A stretch of 64,000 bases of DNA from Patescibacteria group bacterium (GTDB lineage Bacteria > Patescibacteriota > Patescibacteriia > Patescibacteriales > UBA12465), in NCBI GenBank assembly GCA_041671365.1, contig JBAZBP010000004.1, positions 5,874 to 69,873 of the forward strand, written 5' to 3'. How positions within the stretch are numbered: the stretch's first letter is position 1; every line of letters starts with the position of its first letter. Of the stretch, positions 38,500 through 47,971 are shown one piece after another. Position numbers and translations under genes: made by a program. Below the pieces are notes generated by a model. The model saw nothing but the letters and a program-made list of their open reading frames with translations, searched no databases and was not told the origin of the DNA.

Positions 38500-39975
38500 T
38501 TATAAGTTAGAACCGCCGTAGGTTGGTCCAATATTTTTGTTTTGACGTTTTATAATGGCAGCAATATCGGCTGATTTAATGCCGCCAATCAAGAAAAGTA
38601 TAACAAAATAAATTAAACTGGCAAGGACGAAGGTTGAAATTAAGCCGCCTAGAGTAGTTTGATCTGATCCGGCAAAAAAGTAAAGAAAGACACCCATAAT
38701 TAGGCCGCTTATTATTGATTTAATCATTGTTTTTAGATTAGGCAAAAAATTACTATATTTCCAGACGCAGTAGCCCGAAAAAACAGCGATCAGGGTTTCG
38801 CTGTAAATTGTTACTCCGGCGGCGCCAAAATAAGAAAAACGCGGGATAAAATATAAATAAGCCAGTAATGAACTAAAGCCGGTAAAGACATAAAAGCTAA
38901 TCATGGTTTTTTGTTTATCCAAGGCAACAACGGCATGAGAAAACATTGTGCCTAAAAAAATGGCGGCGACAGCAAAAATTAAAATTTGTAAAATTGCTCC
39001 GGAAGCGTAAAAATCCTGGCCGGCGACGAATGACATAATCGGCTGGCTAAGGAACTGAGCGCCGATAATGAGAGGAATAGCCAGAATAGTCATGAAATCA
39101 AAAGATTTTTGTAAAACTTTATGAAAATACTTGGGGTTGTTTTCCAGCCAAGCAGCGGTTAAAATTGGCAAGATTAAACCGGCAAACATAAAAGGAATGG
39201 ACGTTAAAACATCGATTATTCTATAAGTGGCTCCATAAAGACCAACTTCTGATTGGCTGTTGAAAATAGATAAAAGAAGGGTATCGGCTCGCAGATAGAT
39301 TAGATTTAAAACAATGGTAATAGCGAGCGGCCAGGATTTATGTATAATTTTTTTCCAAATAAACCAATTAAATTCTAATTTAATTACCGTAAATTTTAAG
39401 GAAAAAATATAATGAAATACGAAGCTGCCGGCCGCCGAAGCGGCGGTGCTTAATAAAATTCCGTTCAAACCGAGATTTAATTTTTTAGTTAGAATAATTC
39501 CCAGAAGCAGTATTAAGCGACTAAGCATTTCGGCGATAGCCGCTCGGCTCATACTCAACCTTTTTTGGAATAAACCGATTATAATCTGGTTTAATGCCGG
39601 AAATAGGAAAGAAATAAAAGTAATTATGACACCGAATTTTATCGTAGCACCATAAGGAAAAAAGGAGATGGTTAGCGGAGCGAGCAAAAGAAAAAGCAGG
39701 GCGGAAACTAGGCGCAGGCCAAAAAGATTGTTGAGAATCTTATTTTCTTCCGCGTCATGGCCGCTAATCATTTGAACGGTCACCAGGGTTAAACCAAAAT
39801 CAGCGGCAACGGCAAAAAAGGTGAGGAAAGTTATAACCGTGGTATATTCACCGAAACCATCGCGACCGAGATAGCGAGTTATTAGGGCGATGGCTAAAAG
39901 ACCCAAAAACGTAGAAATTATTTTTCCGACTATTTGGATAAAAGTATTATGGGCTACTTTCCTGGTTAAATTCAT
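38500..39975 (-). CDS. MOP-superfamily flippase (Wzx/MurJ-like polysaccharide or lipid-linked oligosaccharide exporter)
   Basis: 491-aa ORF with about 12-14 TM helices. Architecture and N-terminal NTFIQIVGKIIS pattern are typical of polysaccharide biosynthesis flippases. Confidence 0.7.
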   Translation of the reverse strand: MNLTRKVAHNTFIQIVGKIISTFLGLLAIALITRYLGRDGFGEYTTVITFLTFFAVAADFGLTLVTVQMISGHDAEENKILNNLFGLRLVSALLFLLLAPLTISFFPYGATIKFGVIITFISFLFPALNQIIIGLFQKRLSMSRAAIAEMLSRLILLLGIILTKKLNLGLNGILLSTAASAAGSFVFHYIFSLKFTVIKLEFNWFIWKKIIHKSWPLAITIVLNLIYLRADTLLLSIFNSQSEVGLYGATYRIIDVLTSIPFMFAGLILPILTAAWLENNPKYFHKVLQKSFDFMTILAIPLIIGAQFLSQPIMSFVAGQDFYASGAILQILIFAVAAIFLGTMFSHAVVALDKQKTMISFYVFTGFSSLLAYLYFIPRFSYFGAAGVTIYSETLIAVFSGYCVWKYSNFLPNLKTMIKSIISGLIMGVFLYFFAGSDQTTLGGLISTFVLASLIYFVILFLIGGIKSADIAAIIKRQNKNIGPTYGGSNL

Positions 39976-40038
39976 TTTCTTGTATTTTTAGATAGATTTT
40001 TATATAATATTAAAGTCTGATATAATTATACCATATAT

Positions 40039-40473
40039 ATGGGAATCTCTAAAAAGCACATCTTAAGTTTTATTTCTTTAACGATATTTAGTTTGTTGGT
40101 TTGTGTTACTTATCTACCTTTTAGAACAAATGTCCAGGCGGCTTCTGATTCTTTAATTAATAGCCAAGAGGGAATGACGGAAATCGGCAGCGTCTACGGC
40201 GGCAGCGAGCCGACTGATATTAGAGTTACAGTCGCCAAAATAATTGTTGTCAGCTTGCAGTTCATCGGAGTTATTTTTTTAGGTTTAATTATTTTTGCCG
40301 GTTTTAAGTATATGACCTCCGGTGGGAACGAAGAAAAAACCAAAGAGGCTGTTTCACTGCTTAGTAATGCGATTATCGGTTTAATAATTATTTTGATGGC
40401 CTGGGGAATTACGAGTTATGTTATTAATAGATTAAGCCGGGCGGCCAGCGGTGCGATTTGGCTTGGCCCCTAG
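40039..40473 (+). CDS. TrbC/VirB2-like (T4SS-pilin-like) small secreted membrane protein
   Basis: 144-aa ORF with a signal peptide, then two hydrophobic helices separated by YMTSGGNEEKTKEA. This is the layout common to the CPR pilin-like family. Confidence 0.6.
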   Translation: MGISKKHILSFISLTIFSLLVCVTYLPFRTNVQAASDSLINSQEGMTEIGSVYGGSEPTDIRVTVAKIIVVSLQFIGVIFLGLIIFAGFKYMTSGGNEEKTKEAVSLLSNAIIGLIIILMAWGITSYVINRLSRAASGAIWLGP

Positions 40474-40588
40474 AATGAAAACGGCTAGCTTTGACAAAGA
40501 TTAAAATTATGTTATCATGATAAGTAGAAAGCTAGTTGTTTATTACAATTAGCTTTTTGTCTTAATTAAGTTAAACAAGATTAAAAAT

Positions 40589-41959
40589 ATGTCGGAAATT
40601 AGCGCTGCCATTAAGCAGCTATGTGAAGAAAAAAATTTAGATTATACGTCGGTAATTGCTGCCGTTGAATTGGCGCTCGCCGCCGCCTACCGTAAGGATT
40701 ATGGGGAACGTAATCAAAATATCCATGTTAAATTCGATCCGGCGACCGGCAGTTCGCAAATTTTTGATGTTAAAACGGTGGTAGAAAATTTACCGGAACA
40801 AGAAGAAGCGGAAATGCTGCAGAATTTATATAATCCTAATATTCAAGAACTTCGTAAAGAAGAAATCCGCAATGAGTTTGCTCCGCAAACAAAAGGAGAA
40901 ATAAACGAAGAAGGAAAGAAAAAATTTAACCCCAAAACCGATATTCAGGTTAAAGAAGCGCAGATTTTAAAATTTGGTGTAAAGATTGGTGAAGAAATAA
41001 TGACTGATTTGCCGGTGCCGGAAAGCTACGGTCGCATGGCTGCGCAGACCGCTAAACAGGTTATTATTCAGAAACTTAGGGAAATGGAAAGAGATATGAT
41101 TTTCAGTGAATTTAAGGGTAAAGAGAGAGAAGTGGTTTCTGGTGTGGTCCAGAGACGGGAGGGACGTTTTGTTTTTGTAGATTTAGGCAAGGCCATTGGA
41201 CTATTGCCGGCGGAAGAACAAATATATACCGAACATTATAATGTCAATGATCGAGTTAAGGTCTTTATTAAAGAGGTTCGCGAGGGCCATAAGGGACCAG
41301 AAATTATTTTGTCTCGTCGGAGCGAAGAAATACTCCGAAAAATTTTTTATTTAGAAATTCCGGAGATTGCCAATGGTTTAGTAGAGATCAAGGCAGTGGC
41401 TCGTGAAGCCGGATCACGCTCTAAAGTGGCGATTTGGACGGATGCCGACAATGTCGATCCAGTCGGTTCTTGTGTTGGTCAACGCGGTTCGCGGGTCCAG
41501 ACAATTATTGGTGAACTCGGCGGGGAAAAAATTGATATTATTGAATATAACGAGGAGCCGGCGAGATTTATTGCTAATGCCCTAGCTCCAGCCAAAGTTA
41601 TTTCGATTGATTTGGATAATGTGGGACACAAAGCCATTGTTAAGGTCAGCCCGGATAAATTGTCTTTAGCTATCGGCAAGGCCGGACAAAATGTTCGTCT
41701 GGCGGCCCGTTTAACCGGTTGGAAAATTGATATTATCGAGGCGTCGGAAGCCGGAGAAAAAAAAGTTTTAGGCGTGGATGATGAAAATATAGAAATAAAT
41801 GAAGAAAACGAAATTATCAAAACTGAAGTTGGCGCCGAGGTTCAAAATTTAAACGAGAAGCAAGAAGCGGTGGAAGAAACCGGGGAAGAAATAAAAAAAG
41901 AAACCAAAAAAGAAGCTAAACCCAAAAAAGAAAAAAAAGAAAAGAAGAATAAAAAATAA
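40589..41959 (+). CDS. nusA: Transcription termination/antitermination factor NusA
   Basis: 456-aa ORF with NusA N-terminal, S1 and two KH domains (GSCVGQRGSRVQ, AIGKAGQNVRLA), plus a K/E-rich tail. Confidence 0.93.
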   Translation: MSEISAAIKQLCEEKNLDYTSVIAAVELALAAAYRKDYGERNQNIHVKFDPATGSSQIFDVKTVVENLPEQEEAEMLQNLYNPNIQELRKEEIRNEFAPQTKGEINEEGKKKFNPKTDIQVKEAQILKFGVKIGEEIMTDLPVPESYGRMAAQTAKQVIIQKLREMERDMIFSEFKGKEREVVSGVVQRREGRFVFVDLGKAIGLLPAEEQIYTEHYNVNDRVKVFIKEVREGHKGPEIILSRRSEEILRKIFYLEIPEIANGLVEIKAVAREAGSRSKVAIWTDADNVDPVGSCVGQRGSRVQTIIGELGGEKIDIIEYNEEPARFIANALAPAKVISIDLDNVGHKAIVKVSPDKLSLAIGKAGQNVRLAARLTGWKIDIIEASEAGEKKVLGVDDENIEINEENEIIKTEVGAEVQNLNEKQEAVEETGEEIKKETKKEAKPKKEKKEKKNKK

Positions 41960-42030
41960 TTAAATAAATTATAATTTTATCAAGTTAGAATTTTATTATT
42001 TTATAATTTTCTGACTTTCGATCTAAATTT

Positions 42031-44043
42031 ATGATCATCAACTTGTTTATTTTTGGCAGCGCTTTAGCCGCTCTTGTTTATGGAGTGATTGTTATCGGGT
42101 CTATTTTGCGCTTGCCGGAGGGCAACGACAAAATGAAAGAAATTGGAGCGGCCATTCAGGCCGGCGCCAAAGCCTTTTTGAATCGCCAGTATAAATCCGT
42201 AGCTCTCGTGGCCTTATTTCTGTTCTTGCTTATTGGTTTTATTCCTAGTTTAGGCTGGTTAACGGCCTTAGCTTTTTTAAGCGGCGCAGTTTTATCAGCC
42301 TTAACCGGTTATATTGGTATGTATGTTAGTGTTCGCGCCAATATTAGAACGACAGAAGCGGCGCGGGGCGGACTAGCGAAAGCTCTTAATGTGGCGGTTA
42401 AAGGGGGTAGCGTGACCGGCATGTTAGTAGTCGGTTTAGCCCTGCTCGGAACAACCAGTTTTTATTTTTTAAGCAATTATAATTTAGAGGCGCTTATTGG
42501 TTTTGCTTTTGGTGGATCATTAATTTCAATTTTTGCCCGTTTAGGAGGAGGAATTTATACTAAAGCAGCCGATGTCGGCGCTGATTTAGTTGGTAAGGTT
42601 GAAGCCAACATTCCGGAAGATGATCCTCGTAATCCCGCTGTGATTGCTGATAACGTTGGTGATAATGTCGGTGATTGCGCTGGGATGGCGGCAGATTTAT
42701 TTGAAACTTATGCCGTTACTTTAATTGCCACCATGGTTTTAGGCAGCCTAACTTTTACTGATAATTCGACGATTATTGTGTACCCCTTAGTTTTGGGAGC
42801 GGCTTCAATTTTAGCTTCCATTATCGGGATATTTTTTATTCGCTTAGGTAAGAATAATAATATCATGGCTGCCTTGTATAAAGGCTTAATCGCCGCCGGA
42901 GTTTTAGCGGCTCTAGCTTTTTACCCGATTACCAAATATTTAATCGTTGGCGGACTAAGCTCCAAAATTTATTTAGCTAGTTTAATTGGTTTAGTAGTCA
43001 CTGGTTTATTAGTGATTATCACGGAGTATTATACTTCAACGGCTTATAGTCCGGTTAAAAGTATTGCTGAGGCCTCTAAAACCGGTCATGGAACAAATGT
43101 GATTGCCGGTTTGGCGGTTTCGATGAAATCTACAGCTCTACCGATTATTGTAATTTGTTTGGCGATTCTAGGTGCTTATTCGCTTGCCGGTTTATATGGT
43201 ATTGCCGTAGCGGCTATGTCGATGCTGTCGATGGCCGGAATTATTGTGACGATTGACGCTTATGGTCCGATAACGGATAACGCCGGTGGAATCGCGGAAA
43301 TGGCTGAACTAGGTGAAGACGTTAGAAATATTACTGATCCTTTAGACGCTGTCGGCAACACCACTAAAGCGGTAACTAAAGGTTATGCTATTGGTTCGGC
43401 GGCCTTGGCAGCTTTAGTTCTTTTTGCGGATTTTACTTCTAAAATTAAAGCAGCCGGAGGAAGCGCGCAGTTTTTAATTGATAACCCTTATGTTCTAATC
43501 GGTTTATTTATTGGCGGACTACTTCCTTATTTGTTTGGAGCTATGGCCATGAAAGCGGTAGGTCGAGCGGCCGGAGCAGTGGTGGAAGATGTGCGCGCTC
43601 AGTTTAAGGAAAAAACCGGAATTATGAGTGGAGCGGAAAAGCCGGATTATGGACGGACAGTCGATATTGTAACTAAAGCGGCCATTAAGGAAATGATTAT
43701 TCCGGCGTTAATTCCAGTGGTTGCTCCGATAATTGTCGGTTTTGGTTTTAATTTTTTCGGAGCGGGTCATGGTTTAGAGGCTTTGGCCGGTTTGCTTGTG
43801 GGCTCTATCGTTACCGGAATCTTTGTGGCTATTTCTATGACTTCCGGCGGTGGCGCCTGGGATAACGCTAAAAAATATATTGAAGCTGGTAATTTTGGCG
43901 GTAAAGGTTCAGATGCTCATAAGGCAGCAGTTACCGGCGATACCGTCGGTGATCCTTATAAGGACACAGCCGGTCCGGCTATTAATCCGATGATTAAAGT
44001 TTTAAACATTGTGGCTCTGCTGATTGTCGGTTTGCTCTTATAA
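42031..44043 (+). CDS. hppA: Membrane-bound proton-translocating pyrophosphatase
   Basis: 670-aa ORF with about 16 TM helices. Motifs: [30 protein letters not shown] has Lys after GNTT, the variant reported for K+-independent H+-PPases. Confidence 0.93.
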   Translation: MIINLFIFGSALAALVYGVIVIGSILRLPEGNDKMKEIGAAIQAGAKAFLNRQYKSVALVALFLFLLIGFIPSLGWLTALAFLSGAVLSALTGYIGMYVSVRANIRTTEAARGGLAKALNVAVKGGSVTGMLVVGLALLGTTSFYFLSNYNLEALIGFAFGGSLISIFARLGGGIYTKAADVGADLVGKVEANIPEDDPRNPAVIADNVGDNVGDCAGMAADLFETYAVTLIATMVLGSLTFTDNSTIIVYPLVLGAASILASIIGIFFIRLGKNNNIMAALYKGLIAAGVLAALAFYPITKYLIVGGLSSKIYLASLIGLVVTGLLVIITEYYTSTAYSPVKSIAEASKTGHGTNVIAGLAVSMKSTALPIIVICLAILGAYSLAGLYGIAVAAMSMLSMAGIIVTIDAYGPITDNAGGIAEMAELGEDVRNITDPLDAVGNTTKAVTKGYAIGSAALAALVLFADFTSKIKAAGGSAQFLIDNPYVLIGLFIGGLLPYLFGAMAMKAVGRAAGAVVEDVRAQFKEKTGIMSGAEKPDYGRTVDIVTKAAIKEMIIPALIPVVAPIIVGFGFNFFGAGHGLEALAGLLVGSIVTGIFVAISMTSGGGAWDNAKKYIEAGNFGGKGSDAHKAAVTGDTVGDPYKDTAGPAINPMIKVLNIVALLIVGLLL

Positions 44044-44060
44044 AATTAAAACAGTTTATT

Positions 44061-45371
44061 ATGCAAGTTACAAAAAAAGATTTGGACAAATCACAAATAG
44101 AATTACTCGTGGAATTAACGCCGGAAGAATTTGCGCCTTATATTGTTAAGGGCGTGGAAAAAGTTTCTAAAGATGTAAAAATTGAAGGCTTTCGTCCCGG
44201 GAAAGTTCCGTTTGATATCTTAAAACAGAAAATCGGTGAGATGACGATTTTAGAGGAAGCGGCTCATATCGCCATTAATAAAACCATTGACGAAGTAATC
44301 ATGCAAAATACTATGGAGCGCCGAGCTATCGGCCAGCCTCAAGTTAATGTTACTAAATTAGCTCCCAATAATCCTCTAGAATATAAAATTATTTTATCTT
44401 TATTGCCAACAGTGGCCCTAGGAAAGTATAAAGATTTAGAACTAAAAACAGAAGAAGCTAAGATAGACAATAAGGAACTAGATAAGGCTTTAAACGATTT
44501 GCGAGAAATGCGAGCCAAGGAAGAAGTAGTAGAGCGAGCCGTCGAAGAAGGGGATAAGGTAACGGCGGATATAAAAATGTTTTTAGATAAAGTTCCGCTA
44601 GAAGACGGCCAACACAAAGATTTAGCAATTTTGTTGGGTAAAGATTATTTTGTCCCCGGGTTTGACCATAAATTAATTGGAGCTAAAAAAGATGAAATTC
44701 GGAAATTTTTATTGCCCTACCCCGACGATCATCATCAAAAAAATTTGGCCGGTAAGATGGTCGAGTTTGAAGTAAAAATAAAAGATGTTTATAGCCGAAC
44801 ACTACCGGGTCTGAATGATGAATTGGCGGTCATATTTCAGCTTAAAGATTTAGAAGAATTAAAAAAGAATTTGCGGGAAAGTTTATTACACGAAAAAAAA
44901 CATCAGGTTGACGCTAAAAACGAAGCAGCCCTGCTCACTAAAATAATTGAAGATACTAAGTTTGGGGAATTGCCGGAAATATTAATTAATGCCGAGTTAA
45001 AAAATATGTTGGAAGAATTGGAGCAGAATATTACTCGTCAGGGCGGAAAATTTGACGATTATCTCCAACACCTTAAAAAGGATCGCGCCGCGTTAATGTT
45101 AGAGCTAACCCCCAACGCTATCAAAAGAGTTAAGTCCGCTTTAGCCATCCGCGAAATGGCTCTAGTTGAAAAGATTTCCCCGACCGATAAAGAAATCCAT
45201 GAAAAGATTGAAGACCTGAAAAAACAATATGCTAATAATCAAGAGGTTTTAAAAATGCTGGAAGAGCCCGGTTATCACAGTTATTTAGAAAATATTTTAA
45301 CTAACGAAAAAGTTATTGCCAAGCTAAAAGACTGGAACTATGCCCCAACTGACTCAAAACAAAAAAGCTAA
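44061..45371 (+). CDS. tig: Trigger factor
   Basis: 436-aa ORF with the ribosome-binding signature GFRPGKVP, a central FKBP-like region and a C-terminal helical arm. Confidence 0.9.
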   Translation: MQVTKKDLDKSQIELLVELTPEEFAPYIVKGVEKVSKDVKIEGFRPGKVPFDILKQKIGEMTILEEAAHIAINKTIDEVIMQNTMERRAIGQPQVNVTKLAPNNPLEYKIILSLLPTVALGKYKDLELKTEEAKIDNKELDKALNDLREMRAKEEVVERAVEEGDKVTADIKMFLDKVPLEDGQHKDLAILLGKDYFVPGFDHKLIGAKKDEIRKFLLPYPDDHHQKNLAGKMVEFEVKIKDVYSRTLPGLNDELAVIFQLKDLEELKKNLRESLLHEKKHQVDAKNEAALLTKIIEDTKFGELPEILINAELKNMLEELEQNITRQGGKFDDYLQHLKKDRAALMLELTPNAIKRVKSALAIREMALVEKISPTDKEIHEKIEDLKKQYANNQEVLKMLEEPGYHSYLENILTNEKVIAKLKDWNYAPTDSKQKS

Positions 45372-45798
45372 TTTCGATTACGAACTCCTAGAAAAATATG
45401 AGGCGGGTTTAGTTTTATATGGACACGAAGTTAAAGCGATTCGCGCCGGTCAAATCAGTTTAAAGGGAAGTTTTATTTCCATTCGTACAAAAAATAATAA
45501 AACAGAATTATATTTAATCGGTTGTCAGGTCTCACCTTACAAAAATGCTGGACCACTTCCCGAGTACAATCAAACCAGAGAAAGAAAGTTGCTTTTAAAA
45601 CGTGAAGAAATTAAGCGTTTATTAGGGAAAAAACAAGTTGAGGGCTTGACACTAATCCCTCTCAAAATATATACTAATCATAGTTTTCTGAAGTTAGAAT
45701 TCGCCTTAGCTCGCGGTAAAAAACAATACGACAAGAGAGACACTATAAAGAAGCGAGAAGTTGAACGCAGTTTGCGGTCTTTAACAAAGAGACGTTAG
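45340..45798 (+). CDS. smpB: SsrA-binding protein SmpB
   Basis: 152-aa ORF with NKKANFDYELLEKYEAGLVLYGHEVKAIR and a basic C-terminal tail. Overlaps the tig end by 32 nt, and its stop overlaps tmRNA position 1. Confidence 0.9.
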   Translation: MPQLTQNKKANFDYELLEKYEAGLVLYGHEVKAIRAGQISLKGSFISIRTKNNKTELYLIGCQVSPYKNAGPLPEYNQTRERKLLLKREEIKRLLGKKQVEGLTLIPLKIYTNHSFLKLEFALARGKKQYDKRDTIKKREVERSLRSLTKRR

Positions 45799-46206
45799 GG
45801 GATGCCAGGCATCGACAGTCGGGACTTTGGCTAAATATTCGAGACGTGCTTAGCTGTCACGTTAAACCGGTTAAAAAAACACAAATGCCAAAACGGCAAG
45901 AGCATTCACTTGGTTAACTCCGAGTTATGCTCCAGTTATGGCCTAATAAATAAGGCTATAACCATCGAGGGTGATAATTTCTCATGGTCATTTTCTCGGT
46001 GTTATTCGCTCGCCTCGTTTCGGCGAAGCGGGTATGAGGATAAATGTTTTTTGCTCTTTCCGGAAAACATAGAAACAATAGGAAGATCGCTTTAATTGCT
46101 TTTTGTTCGGTTATTGATAGTTAAGGCTAAAAAAATAAATCGGACTATTCTTGTAAATGTATTTAGGCAAACCGATTGGACATGGGTTCAATTCCCATCA
46201 TCTCCA
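45798..46206 (+). ncRNA. ssrA: tmRNA (SsrA)
   Basis: 5' GGGGATG pairs with 3' CATCTCC (G3-U wobble, the Ala identity pair), preceded by T arm ATGGG-TTCAATT-CCCAT. Internal tag frame is GCC...GCC TAA TAA at 45887-45949. Adjacent to smpB. Confidence 0.85.
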
Positions 46207-46216
46207 CAAGTATAAG

Positions 46217-46300
46217 GCCGCGGTGGCGGAACTGGTAGACGCGCTGGACTTAAAATCCAGTTGTAGCGATGCAGTGCGGGTTCGATTCCCGCCCGCGGCA
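46217..46300 (+). tRNA. tRNA-Leu, anticodon TAA (UAA)
   Basis: Hand fold. Acceptor GCCGCGG/CCGCGGC, anticodon stem CTGGA/TCCAG with loop CTTAAAA, long variable arm, T arm GCGGG-TTCGATT-CCCGC. Confidence 0.92.
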
Positions 46301-46321
46301 CGTAAATTTAATTATAGAGAT

Positions 46322-46393
46322 GCGGGTATCGTATAGTGGCTATTATGCGACCTTGCCAAGGTCGAGAGACGGGTTCGATTCCCGTTACCCGCT
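46322..46393 (+). tRNA. tRNA-Gly, anticodon GCC
   Basis: Hand fold. Acceptor GCGGGTA/TACCCGC, anticodon stem CGACC/GGTCG with loop TTGCCAA, T arm ACGGG-TTCGATT-CCCGT, weak AT-rich D stem. Confidence 0.9.
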
Positions 46394-46401
46394 CTAAAAT
46401 A

Positions 46402-46434
46402 AAAACACAGGATTTTATCCTGTGTTTTTATTTT
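46402..46434. terminator. Bidirectional terminator after tRNA-Gly
   Basis: 11-bp stem AAAACACAGGA / TCCTGTGTTTT, with T-runs following the hairpin in both orientations. Confidence 0.75.
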
Positions 46435-46435
46435 C

Positions 46436-46592
46436 TGGTACGAGCCAGGGGATCGAACAGGTTGGAAGCGAGGCAAGCCCGAGCCGCCCTTCTGAGCGGC
46501 GAGGGCAAAGATTAGCGTCGGACGCCAACCCAGGACGAGTGAGTAACGCGGAAGCGGTGCGAGTGAGAAGTTACCGTTACCCGCCCAGACAC
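46436..46592. ncRNA. Unclassified GC-rich structured element (candidate ncRNA, or tRNA-derived/att-like remnant); strand uncertain
   Basis: About 62% G+C (98 of 157 by hand count) in an AT-rich intergenic region, bounded by terminator hairpins. The minus strand ends GTTCGATCCCCTGGCTCGTACCA. Internal helices include GGTTGG/CCAACC and GCCGC/GCGGC. No family assigned. Confidence 0.4.
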
Positions 46593-46707
46593 ATTAAATA
46601 TACTAATATTAGTATTTTTTTGTTATATAATTAGTAGCGGACCGGTAAAATGATGGTAAAATAGATAGTTGTGATGCTAGTGTGAAGAAAAATCAATATT
46701 TTTATGT

Positions 46708-46736
46708 ATTGACAAAAATTAGTAATAGTGATATAA
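46708..46736 (+). promoter_or_regulatory. Consensus sigma-70-type promoter upstream of the lipoprotein gene
   Basis: TTGACA (46708-46713), 17-nt spacer ending in TGA, then TATAAT (46731-46736). Lies about 125 nt upstream of the ATG at 46860. Confidence 0.55.
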
Positions 46737-46859
46737 TAGTTTCGTTAAAATAGTCCATTACCAAACAAGTTAAATTGGGTTAATTGTTAAATTTATCTGA
46801 GTTTCAGGTGTATTTAATAATTAACCTAAAATCGATTAACTTCAAAAAAGGATATAACA

Positions 46860-47279
46860 ATGAAACAATTATTTTTTTCTCTCATCTTCATTAGTCTTGC
46901 CTCCATGTTTTTCACCGCTTGCTCTAAAGAAGATCAAGTCGGCAAAAAAATTAGCATTAGTTCTAATTTTCCTGATTCATCGTCAGTATTATTTCAAGGC
47001 GCTGTAAAAAATGCCGAATCGGAAAATTATATGGGATCGGTGTTTGTAAGATGCCGATATAAAACAGAAATTGGACTCCCGGCAGGCATAGATGTCGTAG
47101 TTCCAAAATCAAGAGCGGCTAATCTATCCGTAGGCGATACTCTGTATTTTATAAGAGTCTCTGTAAGTTCAGAGGGCGGGATGGATCATGAGCCAAAATC
47201 GGCCTATATGGGTATGTTTTATTCTACTGACACCTTGGATTTATCTTTGTATGGTATAAAAACCGTGCATAAATTGTAG
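46860..47279 (+). CDS. Putative lipoprotein of unknown function
   Basis: 139-aa ORF with a signal peptide ending in the lipobox-like FFTAC|S. AAGGA lies 8 nt upstream of the ATG. No family recognised. Confidence 0.6.
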   Translation: MKQLFFSLIFISLASMFFTACSKEDQVGKKISISSNFPDSSSVLFQGAVKNAESENYMGSVFVRCRYKTEIGLPAGIDVVVPKSRAANLSVGDTLYFIRVSVSSEGGMDHEPKSAYMGMFYSTDTLDLSLYGIKTVHKL

Positions 47280-47330
47280 TTAGCAGTGAAAATTAATAAT
47301 TAATCATTTAACAAAAAAAAGGATAATTAC

Positions 47331-47810
47331 GTGAAAAAAATTATAAAAATATCATTATGGATATTATTGGATATTTTTCTTTTAGTTTGCCTGGTCGGTC
47401 TCTTGCTATTTGTAAATGACGAAAGCAAGATTGAGGTATTCAAAGTTGATATCTCTAAATTTTCCGGCAGAGTTATTAGTGCCGATAACATAAAGCCTGG
47501 AACTTTCACAATTAAAGTCCCCATGCTTGAAGCCCTAAAATTTGGCAAGGACGCCATATTGTCTTATGGAGTAAACGGAGTAAGAATCTGGAAGCCCGAT
47601 ACTTCTACAACGGGCGTATTTCTTTATTCATCAATAACGCCACGGAATATTAATGTGAAATATTATGACGCGTTTCTCGTGGGTAAAGAAATTATATTGA
47701 AAGGCCACCTAAAACCCTTTGCTTATTTTGTTTACACAATACTTTCTCTTATCTTTTTTGGACTCAATCTCGGTGGAGTTTTTTACACCAAACAGGCGTT
47801 TAAAAGATAA
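47331..47810 (+). CDS. Bitopic/two-TM membrane protein of unknown function
   Basis: 159-aa ORF (GTG start preceded by AAGGA) with N- and C-terminal TM helices flanking a beta-rich domain of about 100 aa. Confidence 0.55.
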   Translation: MKKIIKISLWILLDIFLLVCLVGLLLFVNDESKIEVFKVDISKFSGRVISADNIKPGTFTIKVPMLEALKFGKDAILSYGVNGVRIWKPDTSTTGVFLYSSITPRNINVKYYDAFLVGKEIILKGHLKPFAYFVYTILSLIFFGLNLGGVFYTKQAFKR

Positions 47811-47862
47811 TTTACATTAGTTCTTAGTGTTTCTCAGTTTTTAGTAAAAACCTAAAGAAACA

Positions 47863-47893
47863 AAAAGCCTAACGCTATTCGCTAGGCTTTTTT
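47863..47893 (+). terminator. Intrinsic terminator after the 46860-47810 gene pair
   Basis: Hairpin AAAAGCCTA / TAGGCTTTT followed by a T-run. Confidence 0.7.
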
Positions 47894-47971
47894 ATTACCG
47901 CCATACCCTCGTTGTCACTCTAAAAAATAAATTCTGATGTTATCGTGACTTAAAATTTTGATTCTATTATA

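Noticed and set aside
45910-46095. 61-aa ORF inside the tmRNA gene.
   Set aside because: It lies wholly within the SsrA RNA, in the pseudoknot region downstream of the tag frame, and has no coding signal.
46422-46634. 70-aa ORF (MFLFSGTSQGIEQVGSEASPSRPSERRGQ...) across the GC-rich element.
   Set aside because: It has no RBS and starts inside the terminator hairpin. Its Arg/Ser/Pro/Gly-rich composition is what a GC-rich structured RNA gives in any frame. The region is better treated as non-coding.
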